From positions 470-64,469 of the forward strand of contig JAABSZ010000003.1 in NCBI GenBank assembly GCA_011390135.1: a stretch of DNA of 64,000 nt, read 5' to 3'. Below are positions 33,352 through 43,434 of this stretch, one piece after another (positions within the stretch are counted from its first letter, which is position 1; each line of letters opens with the position of its first letter). Below the pieces are notes generated by a model that saw only the letters and a program-made list of their open reading frames with translations, was not told where the DNA came from and searched no databases. Position numbers and translations under genes: made by a program. This stretch comes from Desulfobacteraceae bacterium (GTDB lineage Bacteria > Desulfobacterota > Desulfobacteria > Desulfobacterales > JAABSP01).

Positions 33352-35904
33352 CTATTCATTTAGCACAGCTTCTAATGTTGTCTTAAATTCATTTTCGTTT
33401 GCATTGTTATAGAACGGAACTCCGGTTATCAAATACTTATCTGTGTCGATTTTGATACTCTTTTTTTCCTCACGGATTTCTTTTAAAAATTCCTCTTTCC
33501 ATTTGTCGTGAGCAACCAGATGATTCCCTTTCGGTTCAATGAATACCTGATATGTCAGTTCTTTGCCTTTTTTCTGTTTGCAGAATAAAATGAAGTCCGG
33601 TTCAAAGGCCCGACCTGATTTGTCTATGATTTTTACTTCTCGTTCGTTACGGATGAGATAAATATTTTTGAATTTCTTGTCCAAATGATCAAAACGTCTG
33701 GCAAACATTTTCACAAATTCTTTTTCTTCGCTTGTTCCGTAATTGGCATTGTATACATACCACTTAGGTTCACTCACAACATCAAACTGCCCATCTGCCC
33801 GCTCACTGTCTTTGTAAACTTTAATCTCTTTATCTTTAAATACATCATGGATGTATTCCTTAAAATAGTCTGAGCCTTCGTATTCGGTCAGGTTGGATTT
33901 AATTTCGCTTTCTATGCTTTGCAACAAACCTTGAATAACCATTAAATAATCAAAATTGGTTATTTCTTCCAATCTTGTTTTTGTTCCGTTGAATGTAATT
34001 TCCAACCCGCCTAAAAAATCATTACTTACAATGAAATTCGATAAGGATTCGACATTGGGAAAATACCGTTCTAAGCTGTCAAAGTAGTAAAATGGGTTTT
34101 GGGTTAATCCATAGCGAATGATGTGTCTTGGAATAACTGAAACAGATATATCTTTTTGCAAAATCTTCCCTGTGTCTCCGTTTTCTTCTTCTTTGGTAAA
34201 CATTCCTGACATTTTTCCAATGCCTGAAGAAAGGGTGTGGCTGAAATTTCGTTTTGCAACACCTAAGTCTGCAAATGATCTTACATTATCATAGCTCTTT
34301 TCCACTTTTTTATTGTAAACTACTTTACCAGTTTTGTAAAAATTGGTTTTCTTGAATTCGAGTTTGAGCGTAAGCTGTTTGGTTTCCAGATTGTCTTCGT
34401 CTTCGTAAATGCCTGTATCCATAAGCGCCTGTTTCAATTCTGAAATATATCGGCTATCTTCTTTGGTGTGGTAATACAGTTCTTCAAGAATTTTCAAATT
34501 ATTGGCGGTATCATCATCAAATTTTCGGGTGTATTTGTCCTGACCTTCCTCTAAAGCAAATGGAAAGTACCTTGCGCCCCTACCCACCAATTGCGCTTCT
34601 GAAATAGTTGTCTTTCCGGGTTTTCCAGCCTTGCCGTCCCGCCCTTCATACAAACGGACAATATCAAACAAGTTCAGCACATCCCAACCTTCATTGAGTT
34701 TCTGAACGGCAAAAACGGCACGTATCGGGTTATTTTCATCTTCCAACGTGTTCAGGCGGATTTGATTGAGTTCAGCTTCTTTATCGTTATTGGCACTGAT
34801 ACAGTAATCTTCTCTAAAGTTGGATTTAATGCGTTTGGCAATTTCGGAAGACGATAATCCTTTGGCTTCAAAAAAGGCAAAGGCTTTTTGCACAACTGAA
34901 ACGGTGGATGTTTTCTGAATTTGCTCCACCATTTCAGCCGAAAAATCATCTATCAGATGATGAAATCTTTCTTTGTTTTCTTCTGATTCTTTGATGGTTC
35001 GTTTGGCTTTGAAAAGGATGACCGGCTTTAAATTGATATTATGTTCGGTAGCCAATTCCTGACGGTATAAATTCAAAATCAACGCCTGAATGATGCGGTC
35101 TTGTTCGTCATACAAAGAACGGATAAGATTAATTTCTTTGGAATACTTGTCAATTCTGAATTGAGACAAATCGTATTTGTAAATAACCTTGTCTTTGTAC
35201 TTCTCGGTGATTTGTCGGCTATCATAATCCAATGTAGCGGTAAACTCCAAAAGCAGATTTTCAAAATTCTGCTGCAGCAGTTCCATTACCGTACCTTCCC
35301 AACTGCCAAACAGGTCTCCGTTTTTTTTTGTGCCGGAACTTAAATGGTGCGCTTCATCAGCTATTAAAATTATTTTACGACTTTCAAAATCTTCGTAGGT
35401 GATACTGTTTTCTTTGGTATTGTTCAGGTCAATGTGTAATTGCTGAATAGTGGTAAACTTGATATTGATGTTCTCGTTATCAGCTTCCTCAAAATTTGCC
35501 ACTTCTTTAATCAGTACCTCTTTACGGTCCACTACAATTTTATTGCTGAACAAGTATTTGCTTGCCTGCGGGTTAAGAAAATTATCTTTGGTTTTGTTGA
35601 TGATGTTGTTGCTGTTCACAAAAAACAGAAAGCTACGGTAGCCTTTTTCAAACAAATAGAGCATCAAGCCCGCCATTATCAAGGTCTTTCCGCTTCCGGT
35701 CGCCATATTATAAAGCAGATGAATCGGTTTTTTTGGCTTTCCCTCAAAGTCTTCCGTGGCTACATAAATATGGCGTTTGAAGGCTTCTGTCTGATAGGGG
35801 CGAATGTCAAACTTGAGATTGTCGGTAATGTAATTGGGTATGTCAACATGAGCCAATTCCTTACGGGCAAACGGATTATCAAACATATTGTGCAAATACG
35901 CCAT
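33352..35904 (-). CDS. res: type III restriction endonuclease subunit Res
   Basis: Helicase motif I MATGSGKT and motif II ADEAHH. C-terminal PD-(D/E)xK-like FEPDF...FIEPKG. 6 nt downstream of mod. Confidence 0.9.
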   Translation of the reverse strand: MAYLHNMFDNPFARKELAHVDIPNYITDNLKFDIRPYQTEAFKRHIYVATEDFEGKPKKPIHLLYNMATGSGKTLIMAGLMLYLFEKGYRSFLFFVNSNNIINKTKDNFLNPQASKYLFSNKIVVDRKEVLIKEVANFEEADNENINIKFTTIQQLHIDLNNTKENSITYEDFESRKIILIADEAHHLSSGTKKNGDLFGSWEGTVMELLQQNFENLLLEFTATLDYDSRQITEKYKDKVIYKYDLSQFRIDKYSKEINLIRSLYDEQDRIIQALILNLYRQELATEHNINLKPVILFKAKRTIKESEENKERFHHLIDDFSAEMVEQIQKTSTVSVVQKAFAFFEAKGLSSSEIAKRIKSNFREDYCISANNDKEAELNQIRLNTLEDENNPIRAVFAVQKLNEGWDVLNLFDIVRLYEGRDGKAGKPGKTTISEAQLVGRGARYFPFALEEGQDKYTRKFDDDTANNLKILEELYYHTKEDSRYISELKQALMDTGIYEDEDNLETKQLTLKLEFKKTNFYKTGKVVYNKKVEKSYDNVRSFADLGVAKRNFSHTLSSGIGKMSGMFTKEEENGDTGKILQKDISVSVIPRHIIRYGLTQNPFYYFDSLERYFPNVESLSNFIVSNDFLGGLEITFNGTKTRLEEITNFDYLMVIQGLLQSIESEIKSNLTEYEGSDYFKEYIHDVFKDKEIKVYKDSERADGQFDVVSEPKWYVYNANYGTSEEKEFVKMFARRFDHLDKKFKNIYLIRNEREVKIIDKSGRAFEPDFILFCKQKKGKELTYQVFIEPKGNHLVAHDKWKEEFLKEIREEKKSIKIDTDKYLITGVPFYNNANENEFKTTLEAVLNE

Positions 35905-35910
35905 AATGTC

Positions 35911-37887
35911 CTACTTTCCGAGTTGGTAAAAATCTTTGGTTACTTGCTTTTCCTCAACCGTGCAGGCAAAGTCTTTATCGTTGAGTGAAGAAAGGTTTAC
36001 ATAGAGTTGGTTTTTGTCCAGTATTTCGCAAAGATGCTGTTTCTGTTCTTTCAGCGAAAGGGCTTTGAATTCTTCTATGTGTTCTTCCTGCTTTTTGATG
36101 TCCACATTGTAGTTCAGGAATGATTTGGCTTTCATCTGTTTCCAAATTTGCAAAAGTGTTCCAGAGTCTTTGGCTGATTCAATCTGCTCGATAAAAGTTT
36201 GGTTGTATTTTTTGAGTTCGAGATAAACAAATTCGCCACCACCTTGCCAATTAACAAATTTTGAAATTCCACCTTGCTCACCATCAATAACTTTTTTGAG
36301 CCTTTCCACCGCCACAGTTTCTACATAATCCATTTGCTCAATGCCTATGTATTGGCGGTTCATTTTATGGGCAACTGCAGCAGTGGTGCCACTGCCTAAA
36401 AAGAAATCCAAAACAATATCATCTTCATTGGTAGAGTATTCTAATATTCTCTGAAGAAGAAGTTCATTTTTGGGATAGTCAAACTTTTTTTCCCCAAATA
36501 GGGCAACCATCTCATCCGTACCTACTTTGTTAAATGTTTCTGTACCAAGTAATTCATTCTTTACTTTATTCAAAAAGTCGGAGGAAATATAGGTCTTGTC
36601 AAAATCTTCACCATTCTTTTCAATTTCTTCAGATTTGAAAATGCGCATTGCAGGAATGGTAATCTTCAAAAAATCATAATCACCAGGAAAAACAATTTTA
36701 CCCTTTCTGTAAAATTCTTCGAAAGTTTCAACTGTTACACTCCAACATCTATTAGGGTTCACAGGATATTCATCCCCATTTTTAGGGTTAACCATTGTGA
36801 AGTTCGAATTAGGTCTTTCAATTATTGACCTTTGTGTAGTCAAATCTGAAAGCCTCCATTCATCATTAGGATAATCATCACTCTTTTGATACCTTCGCTC
36901 AATAGCTCTTTTGAAAAGTTGTGTTGCTTTTGATGCTAACTTAGTATAAACAAGCATCCAATCAAAATCCTGAGAAAGTTTCCACGGTACATCCGATTTA
37001 CCGCTTCGTGTTTTTCTTGGTATAGTTGCAATAAACCTATCTCTTCCAAAAACTTCGTCAGCAACAATTTTTAAATAATGCAACTCCTGGTCTCCAATAT
37101 GTATGAAAATGACACCTTCTTTACTTAACAATTCTTTTGCAGCATAAAGTCTGTTTTTTATGAAAGTAAGCCAAGAAGAATGATTGAAACTGTCATTGTA
37201 TTTGAAACTATCAGAATCACTATTATAAGGCGGGTCTATGTAAATCAGTTTTACTTTTCCGGAAAATTTTTCTCTCAACGTGTGCAAAGCTAAAAGGTTG
37301 TTGCCTTTTATAATCAGGTTGTCGGTTATAGTGCCGTTTTCGTTTCGGTTAAATTGGTCAAGTGGTTTTTCTCCGTCCTTGTCAATTCGTTTGGCGTTGG
37401 TTAAAACTTTCGGCTCTAAAAGTTGGGTAATTTCATCCTGAACCAGAATTTCATTGAAGAAAATTTCTTCTCGTTTGTCTTCTTCACGGCTTTGTCCGCC
37501 TTCCAGAATGCAGTCTTTAAAAGGCCATACCAAAGCCACTTCGTTGCGTTGTTTCAGGTATTTGCCGTCAATGGTCAGTCCAACCTTGTTTTTGTATTGG
37601 GTGTAGCTGTCATTCAGATAGTTTTTCTGCTCCAAAAACTGCACAAACAAGTTTTGGTTAAAAACCAATGTGCCTTTCACGTCCACAAAGAATTTCTCTT
37701 TCAACTTTTGATTGTCCAATAGCAATTCAATCAATTCGGCATCACAGTTTTGCGCTTTATGTATCACTACCCACTTTTTTAATTCGCCATTGTCCGTCAC
37801 AAAATTGGGTTCGTTTTTGAGTTGATTTTCTAATGTTTTGTAAAGTTTCATATCTTCCTTATATTGTTTCGAGACTGATTTAGGCAT
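35911..37887 (-). CDS. mod: type III DNA methyltransferase subunit Mod (N6-adenine, beta-class order)
   Basis: Motif IV IYIDPPYN precedes motif I DFFLGSGTTA. The size and central variable region are typical of Mod. Confidence 0.9.
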   Translation of the reverse strand: MPKSVSKQYKEDMKLYKTLENQLKNEPNFVTDNGELKKWVVIHKAQNCDAELIELLLDNQKLKEKFFVDVKGTLVFNQNLFVQFLEQKNYLNDSYTQYKNKVGLTIDGKYLKQRNEVALVWPFKDCILEGGQSREEDKREEIFFNEILVQDEITQLLEPKVLTNAKRIDKDGEKPLDQFNRNENGTITDNLIIKGNNLLALHTLREKFSGKVKLIYIDPPYNSDSDSFKYNDSFNHSSWLTFIKNRLYAAKELLSKEGVIFIHIGDQELHYLKIVADEVFGRDRFIATIPRKTRSGKSDVPWKLSQDFDWMLVYTKLASKATQLFKRAIERRYQKSDDYPNDEWRLSDLTTQRSIIERPNSNFTMVNPKNGDEYPVNPNRCWSVTVETFEEFYRKGKIVFPGDYDFLKITIPAMRIFKSEEIEKNGEDFDKTYISSDFLNKVKNELLGTETFNKVGTDEMVALFGEKKFDYPKNELLLQRILEYSTNEDDIVLDFFLGSGTTAAVAHKMNRQYIGIEQMDYVETVAVERLKKVIDGEQGGISKFVNWQGGGEFVYLELKKYNQTFIEQIESAKDSGTLLQIWKQMKAKSFLNYNVDIKKQEEHIEEFKALSLKEQKQHLCEILDKNQLYVNLSSLNDKDFACTVEEKQVTKDFYQLGK

Positions 37888-38037
37888 ATAACCAGTGCTT
37901 ATGCGGTTTTCCGGCTAATATCGGGCCGCATCAAATTCCCGCTCAGAATATCAGAATTCCGGAAGAGAAATCACCTGTAAAATATTTTTTTAACACATTG
38001 AAATTATAGAATCAAAGCTCGATTTCCCTATAGGATA

Positions 38038-38283
38038 TCAATGTCGGCCAATATGATACCGGAGCTTTTCCCCCACCCCATTGAGTTCCTTTCGAAAAGA
38101 CCGGTTCTCACCTTCATGGCCGGATAGACCGTGGAAGTTATTCGGGGGATAGTTGAGCTGCATGGGCCAGGTGATCCTGGCCGCGGACGTTCCGGAAAGG
38201 ATACCGGTAAATGCGCCGCCAAGGGTCAGGATCATGGCCAGTGGGATGATCAGGGGCATCGTCTTCATGGATCGTCTTTTCAT
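38038..38283 (-). CDS. small secreted hypothetical protein
   Basis: 81 aa from ATG 38283. N-terminal signal-like MKRRSMKTMPLIIPLAMILTLGGAFTG. Weak SD AGGTGA. The coding status is uncertain. Confidence 0.3.
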   Translation of the reverse strand: MKRRSMKTMPLIIPLAMILTLGGAFTGILSGTSAARITWPMQLNYPPNNFHGLSGHEGENRSFRKELNGVGEKLRYHIGRH

Positions 38284-38393
38284 GCTCACCTACGGACAGG
38301 GATTGAAAAAATAAAAGTTCTTCATTATATAAATAAAATCCGGAAGAAATGTCAAGCTGTTGATTTCCCGATTTTTCCCGATTATCCCGATCC

Positions 38394-39356
38394 CTAGGAT
38401 TTGTTCCGGCCCATCATCCCCATATAGATGGCTGCAAGCGCGACCATCACCCCCATCCAGTTGAGCCATCCGGTGGGTCTTTGAAAGAATAGAACGTCCC
38501 AGACAAAGGCGAGAGCGGGCTGTAGCAGAAGGATCAGCCCGGAATGGGAGGCCCGGATGGCCGGCAGCGCGTTGGTGATTAGAATCCAGCCGATCCCCTG
38601 GCTGAAAAGGGCGAGGATCAGCAGGGAGATCAGGGTCTGAAGATCGGGGATGGCAAAGGAAAGGCCGCTTGCGCCGATCTCCGCGCCCAGAAAGAGCGAC
38701 GTGGTGAAGGAGACCATCATGATCACATAGAAAAAGGAGAAGCCGCCCTGATTTTGATCCGACTGGTTCCGATCAGATTGGTTCCGATCAGACTGGTTTT
38801 GGTCCGACTGGAGCTTTCTGAGCAGCAGGATGAAGCCGGCGTAGCACGCGGCCGCGGCCAGGCCATAATAGATCCCGGTCCGGTAGAGATCCTTCAGAGG
38901 AGGGCCGCCGATCCCCACGATCATGAAAAGGCCGCAAAATGCCAGGGGGATGGAGAGGGCAAAGAGAAGGCTCACCCGCTCTTTCAGGAAGATGATCCCG
39001 AAGCCGGTGAGGATAAAGACCTGGAAATTGGCCAGAATGGTGGAAAGCCCGGGCCCTATATAGTGGATGCTGTGGTGGTAGAAGCCGAGATCCAGGGCGA
39101 AGACGAACCCGCAGACAAGGCCGATGGCCAGATGGCGAAAGCCGTAGAACCGGATCTCTTTTCGATAGAGGGCCGGTATCAGCAGGATCAATCCGCCGAA
39201 GAAGACCCGGTAGAAGGCCGAAGTCATGGGCGGGATGTGGGTCAGCTTCACCCAGACCCCGGAGAAGCTGATCATCACCGCGCCCATGAGAAGGTGGAGC
39301 ACGGCTCGCCGGGCTGCGCTGTCCGGTTCGGTTCGCAAAGGAATTGGTGCTGGCAT
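38394..39356 (-). CDS. EamA/DMT-family transporter
   Basis: 10-TM-type profile with two EamA-like halves separated by a loop that carries the SDQNQ/SDRNQ repeat. Confidence 0.85.
   Translation of the reverse strand: MPAPIPLRTEPDSAARRAVLHLLMGAVMISFSGVWVKLTHIPPMTSAFYRVFFGGLILLIPALYRKEIRFYGFRHLAIGLVCGFVFALDLGFYHHSIHYIGPGLSTILANFQVFILTGFGIIFLKERVSLLFALSIPLAFCGLFMIVGIGGPPLKDLYRTGIYYGLAAAACYAGFILLLRKLQSDQNQSDRNQSDRNQSDQNQGGFSFFYVIMMVSFTTSLFLGAEIGASGLSFAIPDLQTLISLLILALFSQGIGWILITNALPAIRASHSGLILLLQPALAFVWDVLFFQRPTGWLNWMGVMVALAAIYMGMMGRNKS
38751..38810 (-). repeat. 15-nt tandem repeat x4 inside the EamA gene
   Basis: CAGTCGGACCAAAAC / CAGTCTGATCGGAAC / CAATCTGATCGGAAC / CAGTCGGATCAAAAT on the minus strand, encoding QSDQN QSDRN QSDRN QSDQN. 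Confidence 0.85.
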
Positions 39357-39624
39357 AAACCTCTCTTTTCTGCGATAGTGAAAAAAAGACCGTCAACCGC
39401 TTCGATTATCGCAGCCCCTGCTCTCCTGTGCAACCTCTTTGAAACGGTAATAAATGTAACAGCCCCCCAAAAGAAGAATTTGCACTCGGCTGATGAACAT
39501 GATACGATAATATCGAATGGGGAAAGGGCTTTCCGAAAAAAGGTGCGAACGCGGGAGATCCTCGAAAACACCAATAAAAAAAGGGACCTGCCGATGCGAT
39601 TTCGACCGTCCCTTTTATTTTAAA

Positions 39625-39701
<77 letters not shown>

Positions 39702-39751
39702 TTAATTCATCCCCGTACATTAACACACCAAAAAATGAAAGTCCATAAAAA

Positions 39752-40747
39752 ATGGATCCAACAGAAGCAAATAAAGAACATAAAGATAAAAGCATCTACG
39801 ATACTCTGGGCGGCGAAGCGGAGATCGACAACCGCACCCCAAAGAAGAAGCGGCGGAACCGGGTCGATGACGACAAGGCGGTTGTCAAATTCGATCCGCT
39901 CCAGCGGTATCTGGCGGAGGTGAGCCGATACCGGCTTCTCACCCGGGAGGAGGAGTGGGAGCTGGCCCGCCGGGTTCGGGAGGAGGGGGATCGGGACGCG
40001 GCCTATATGCTCGTCACCTCCAACCTCCGGCTGGTGGTCAAGATCGCGCTGGAGTTCCAGCGGGTCTGGATGCAGAACCTGCTCGATCTGGTTCAGGAGG
40101 GGAATATCGGCCTGATGCAGGCGGTGAAGAAGTTCGACCCCTACAAAAACGTCAAGTTCTCCTATTACGCCTCCTTCTGGATCAAGGCCTACATCCTGAA
40201 GTTCATCATGGACAACTGGCGACTGGTCAAGATCGGCACCACCCAGGGCCAGCGGAAGCTCTTCTTTAAATTGAAAAAGGAGAAGCAGAGTCTGGTGGAG
40301 CAGGGTTTCGAGCCAAGGCCGAAGCTTCTGTCTGAACGGCTGGGGGTGACAGAGCAGGAGGTGGTGGATATGGACCTGCGGCTGGACAACTGGGATCTGT
40401 CGCTCGATGCACCGCTGAAGAGCGATTCCGACACCGAGCGGATCGACATGCTCAAGACCCCGTCGGAGTCCGCGGAGGACCGGATCGCAAAAAAAGAGAT
40501 GGATGTCCTGCTGCAGAACAAGATCGAAGCCTTCCGGGGGAGACTTACGGAGCGGGAGCTGGAGATCTTCAACCAGCGGATCTATTCCGACACTCCATCC
40601 ACTCTCCAGGAGATCGGGGACCGGTACAGCATCTCCCGGGAACGGGTCAGGCAGGTGGAGAAGAATATCGTCAAAAAGATGAGAGATTTCTTTAAAAAAG
40701 AGATGCTCGATTATAACGCCTATACCAAAGAGGAAGTTACGGAGTAA
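39752..40747 (+). CDS. rpoH: RNA polymerase sigma-32 factor RpoH (with a basic N-terminal extension of about 45 aa)
   Basis: Sigma70 regions 2-4 and an RpoH-box-like QRKLFFKLKK. Confidence 0.8.
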   Translation: MDPTEANKEHKDKSIYDTLGGEAEIDNRTPKKKRRNRVDDDKAVVKFDPLQRYLAEVSRYRLLTREEEWELARRVREEGDRDAAYMLVTSNLRLVVKIALEFQRVWMQNLLDLVQEGNIGLMQAVKKFDPYKNVKFSYYASFWIKAYILKFIMDNWRLVKIGTTQGQRKLFFKLKKEKQSLVEQGFEPRPKLLSERLGVTEQEVVDMDLRLDNWDLSLDAPLKSDSDTERIDMLKTPSESAEDRIAKKEMDVLLQNKIEAFRGRLTERELEIFNQRIYSDTPSTLQEIGDRYSISRERVRQVEKNIVKKMRDFFKKEMLDYNAYTKEEVTE

Positions 40748-40758
40748 AAGAGGTTACA

Positions 40759-42675
40759 TTGGCAAGATCATTCACTTTTATGCGGGCAGGGATGGCGCTG
40801 CTTCTCTTTTCCCTCGCGTTCGGATGCGCGATGGGGGAGCGGATCGCGCCGCAACAGGATAATGATGCGGGAGGACCGAAAACAGCGGCGCCGGCCTCAA
40901 AGACGCCGTCTCAATCCATCTCCGAAAAGGATGTGCCGGCAAAATCGGCAAAAGAGAATGTCGGCGCAGAGGAAAGGGGAAAAAAGGCGCTGCCCCCCCC
41001 ATTGGGGGATGAGATCAGAACGGACCCCCTGATCCGGAAGGTGATGCCGGCAAAGGCTTCCGATTCCGGGCCCGGCAACCGGTACTTCTATTATATGGAG
41101 GCCCTCCTCCGGGGCAGACAGGGGAAATTCGACGAGGCAGTGGACTATCTCCAGAAGGCGCTTGACAAATCCCCGGATTCCATCTATCTGCAGCGGGAGC
41201 TGGCCAATCTCTATCTCCGGGACAAGGAGAACGAGAAGGCCGTGGATGTGATCGAGAAGATGATCGCAGCAGAGCCCGAAAACGTGGATCTGCTGATTCT
41301 CTACGGCAAGCTGAAGCAGAGCTTCAAGGATATGGAGGGCGCGGCCGACGCGTATGAGAAGGCTCTGGACCGCGCACCCGGGGAGCGGGATGTCTATCTT
41401 CTTCTGGGCAATCTCTATATCGAAGAGGAGGCCTATGAGAAGGCCGAGCGGGTCTATCAGCAGATGATCGACCAGTTTCCGGACTCCTATCTGGCCTGGT
41501 TCTTTCTCGGCAAGATCTATGCGGCACAGGATCGGCTGGCACAGGCCGAATCGGCCTTTGAAAATACCCTGGAACTGAAGCCGGATCTGGAGGAGCCGAG
41601 GCTGGAGCTGCTGGACATCTATGAGGCACAGGGCCGGCTCGGGAAGATTCTCGATGTCTATCAGGGCATTCTGCGGAAGGAGCCGACCCATATCCGGGCC
41701 AACATGGGGCTGGGGCTCTACTATCTCAAGGCGGGTCAGCCGGGCAAGGCCAAGCCGATCTTTCAGGCGTTGGGCCGGCAAAGCATCGAGAAGCCGGATA
41801 TTCTCCGCACCCTTATCCAGACCTACATCCGCCAGGATCGGCATGGGGATGCGGCAGAGATCCTGGAGGGGATGCTTTCGGCAGTTCCCGAGGATTCGGA
41901 TATCCATTATGTGATGGGCGTCACCTATGACGAGATGGGCGAGCAGGAGACGGCCATCTCCCATTTCCTTCGGGTGAAGCCCGATTCCCAGTTCTATGAG
42001 AGCATGGTGGTCCATGTGGCCTTTCTCTATCAGGAGGCCGAGAAGATCGACATGGCCATCGACTTCATGGAATCGGTGATCGAAAAGGTTCCGGACAACG
42101 CCGAGTTCTCGATCTATCTCGGCTCCTTCTACGACGAGCTGGAACAGTATGATCGGGCCGTAGAAATCTACCTACAGGGTATCGAAATCGACCCGGAAAA
42201 CCCCCGCCTCCACTTCCGCATCGGGGTGGTGCTGGACAAGATGGGGGAGAAGGAGGAATCGATTGAGGCCATGAAGCGGGTCATCGAACTGGAGCCGGAG
42301 AATGCCAATGCCCTCAACTATCTCGGCTACACCTATGCCGATATGGGGATCAATCTCGACGAGGCCCAAAGGTTGATCCAGCAGGCTCTGGACTTGAAGC
42401 CGGACGACGGCTACATCACCGACAGCCTCGGCTGGGTCTATTACCAGAAGGGGATGTATGAAGAGGCGGTGAAGATCTTAAAACGGGCCGTGAGCCTGGT
42501 TCCGGACGATCCGACCATCCTGGAACACCTCGGGGATGCCTATCTCAAGCTGGGCCAGTCTGACAAAGCCCTGGAATACTACCGGCAGTCCCTCATGAAC
42601 CGGCAGAAGGAAAAGGGAGAGGATACAGAGAAGATCGAGAAGAAGATCCGGGCGCTGAACGGCGCCGTTCAATAG
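40759..42675 (+). CDS. TPR-repeat lipoprotein
   Basis: Lipobox LAFGC. About 14 TPR-like 34-aa repeats (e.g. ALNYLGYTYADMG, AVKILKRAVSLVPDDP). Confidence 0.8.
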   Translation: MARSFTFMRAGMALLLFSLAFGCAMGERIAPQQDNDAGGPKTAAPASKTPSQSISEKDVPAKSAKENVGAEERGKKALPPPLGDEIRTDPLIRKVMPAKASDSGPGNRYFYYMEALLRGRQGKFDEAVDYLQKALDKSPDSIYLQRELANLYLRDKENEKAVDVIEKMIAAEPENVDLLILYGKLKQSFKDMEGAADAYEKALDRAPGERDVYLLLGNLYIEEEAYEKAERVYQQMIDQFPDSYLAWFFLGKIYAAQDRLAQAESAFENTLELKPDLEEPRLELLDIYEAQGRLGKILDVYQGILRKEPTHIRANMGLGLYYLKAGQPGKAKPIFQALGRQSIEKPDILRTLIQTYIRQDRHGDAAEILEGMLSAVPEDSDIHYVMGVTYDEMGEQETAISHFLRVKPDSQFYESMVVHVAFLYQEAEKIDMAIDFMESVIEKVPDNAEFSIYLGSFYDELEQYDRAVEIYLQGIEIDPENPRLHFRIGVVLDKMGEKEESIEAMKRVIELEPENANALNYLGYTYADMGINLDEAQRLIQQALDLKPDDGYITDSLGWVYYQKGMYEEAVKILKRAVSLVPDDPTILEHLGDAYLKLGQSDKALEYYRQSLMNRQKEKGEDTEKIEKKIRALNGAVQ

Positions 42676-42678
42676 GTC

Positions 42679-43434
42679 TTGAAGCTTTTTCTTCCCCTGC
42701 TGGCCGCGCTCATGCTTTTCTCCGGATGCAGCGGACTGATGCATCAGATGGGCGCGCCCTTTTACAGTCCGCCCCGGGCCCAACAGATTCTGGCGGAGCT
42801 GGAAGAGCGGAATCTTGATCTCAAGACCTACAAAGGGATCGGCAATGTCCGGTTGAAAGAAGGGGAGATCACCCAGAGCGCCCGGCTCGCCTGGATGGGC
42901 ATCTATCCGGGACACCTGCGCCTGGAGCTTCTCGGCTCGGGCCATCCCATGGCCAAGCTGGCCTTTGACGGAGAAAGGCTCTATCTCCTCTCCCACGCGG
43001 ACGGCCGCTTCTACAGCCGAAGGGGCGATAATCCGGATCTGGCGCAGTTCATTCCGCTCGATCTGCCGGCCCGGGATCTCATCGCGCTGCTGGCCGGCAG
43101 AATACCGATTCCGGAGTACCACTTTGCCGAACTTCGGCAGCAAAAGGGCGGATGGGTTCTGGAATTGAAACGGTGGGCCAAGACCAGAGCCGTTCTCCAC
43201 TTGGATTCAGCTTTAGACCTGCAGCGCCTGGAGCGGTACAATGTCAGCGAAAAACTGATGTACCGGGCAGAGATCACGGGAACCCGCAAAGCTGACGGCC
43301 ATGAGATCTACAGGGCTATTCGGCTGACAGGGCCGGAGAGCAGAACCCGGATCGATCTCGATTTGGACCGGTACTGGGCCAATGTGCCGGTCTCCACGGA
43401 GAAATTCACCCTGAAGCCGGCAGCAGATCGTTGA
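42679..43434 (+). CDS. outer-membrane lipoprotein (LolB/DUF4292-like)
   Basis: Lipobox LFSGC. The size and position after the TPR lipoprotein resemble LolB-like proteins. The family call is tentative. Confidence 0.55.
   Translation: MKLFLPLLAALMLFSGCSGLMHQMGAPFYSPPRAQQILAELEERNLDLKTYKGIGNVRLKEGEITQSARLAWMGIYPGHLRLELLGSGHPMAKLAFDGERLYLLSHADGRFYSRRGDNPDLAQFIPLDLPARDLIALLAGRIPIPEYHFAELRQQKGGWVLELKRWAKTRAVLHLDSALDLQRLERYNVSEKLMYRAEITGTRKADGHEIYRAIRLTGPESRTRIDLDLDRYWANVPVSTEKFTLKPAADR

Larger units (their letters stand above)
29750..38030. mobile_element. AT-rich genomic island (decayed): TA modules, recombinase remnant, structured RNA-like segment, type III R-M
   Basis: Abrupt visible drop in GC relative to both flanks. 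Content is almost exclusively defence/addiction genes plus a frameshifted tyrosine recombinase. No flanking direct repeats recognised. Confidence 0.55.
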
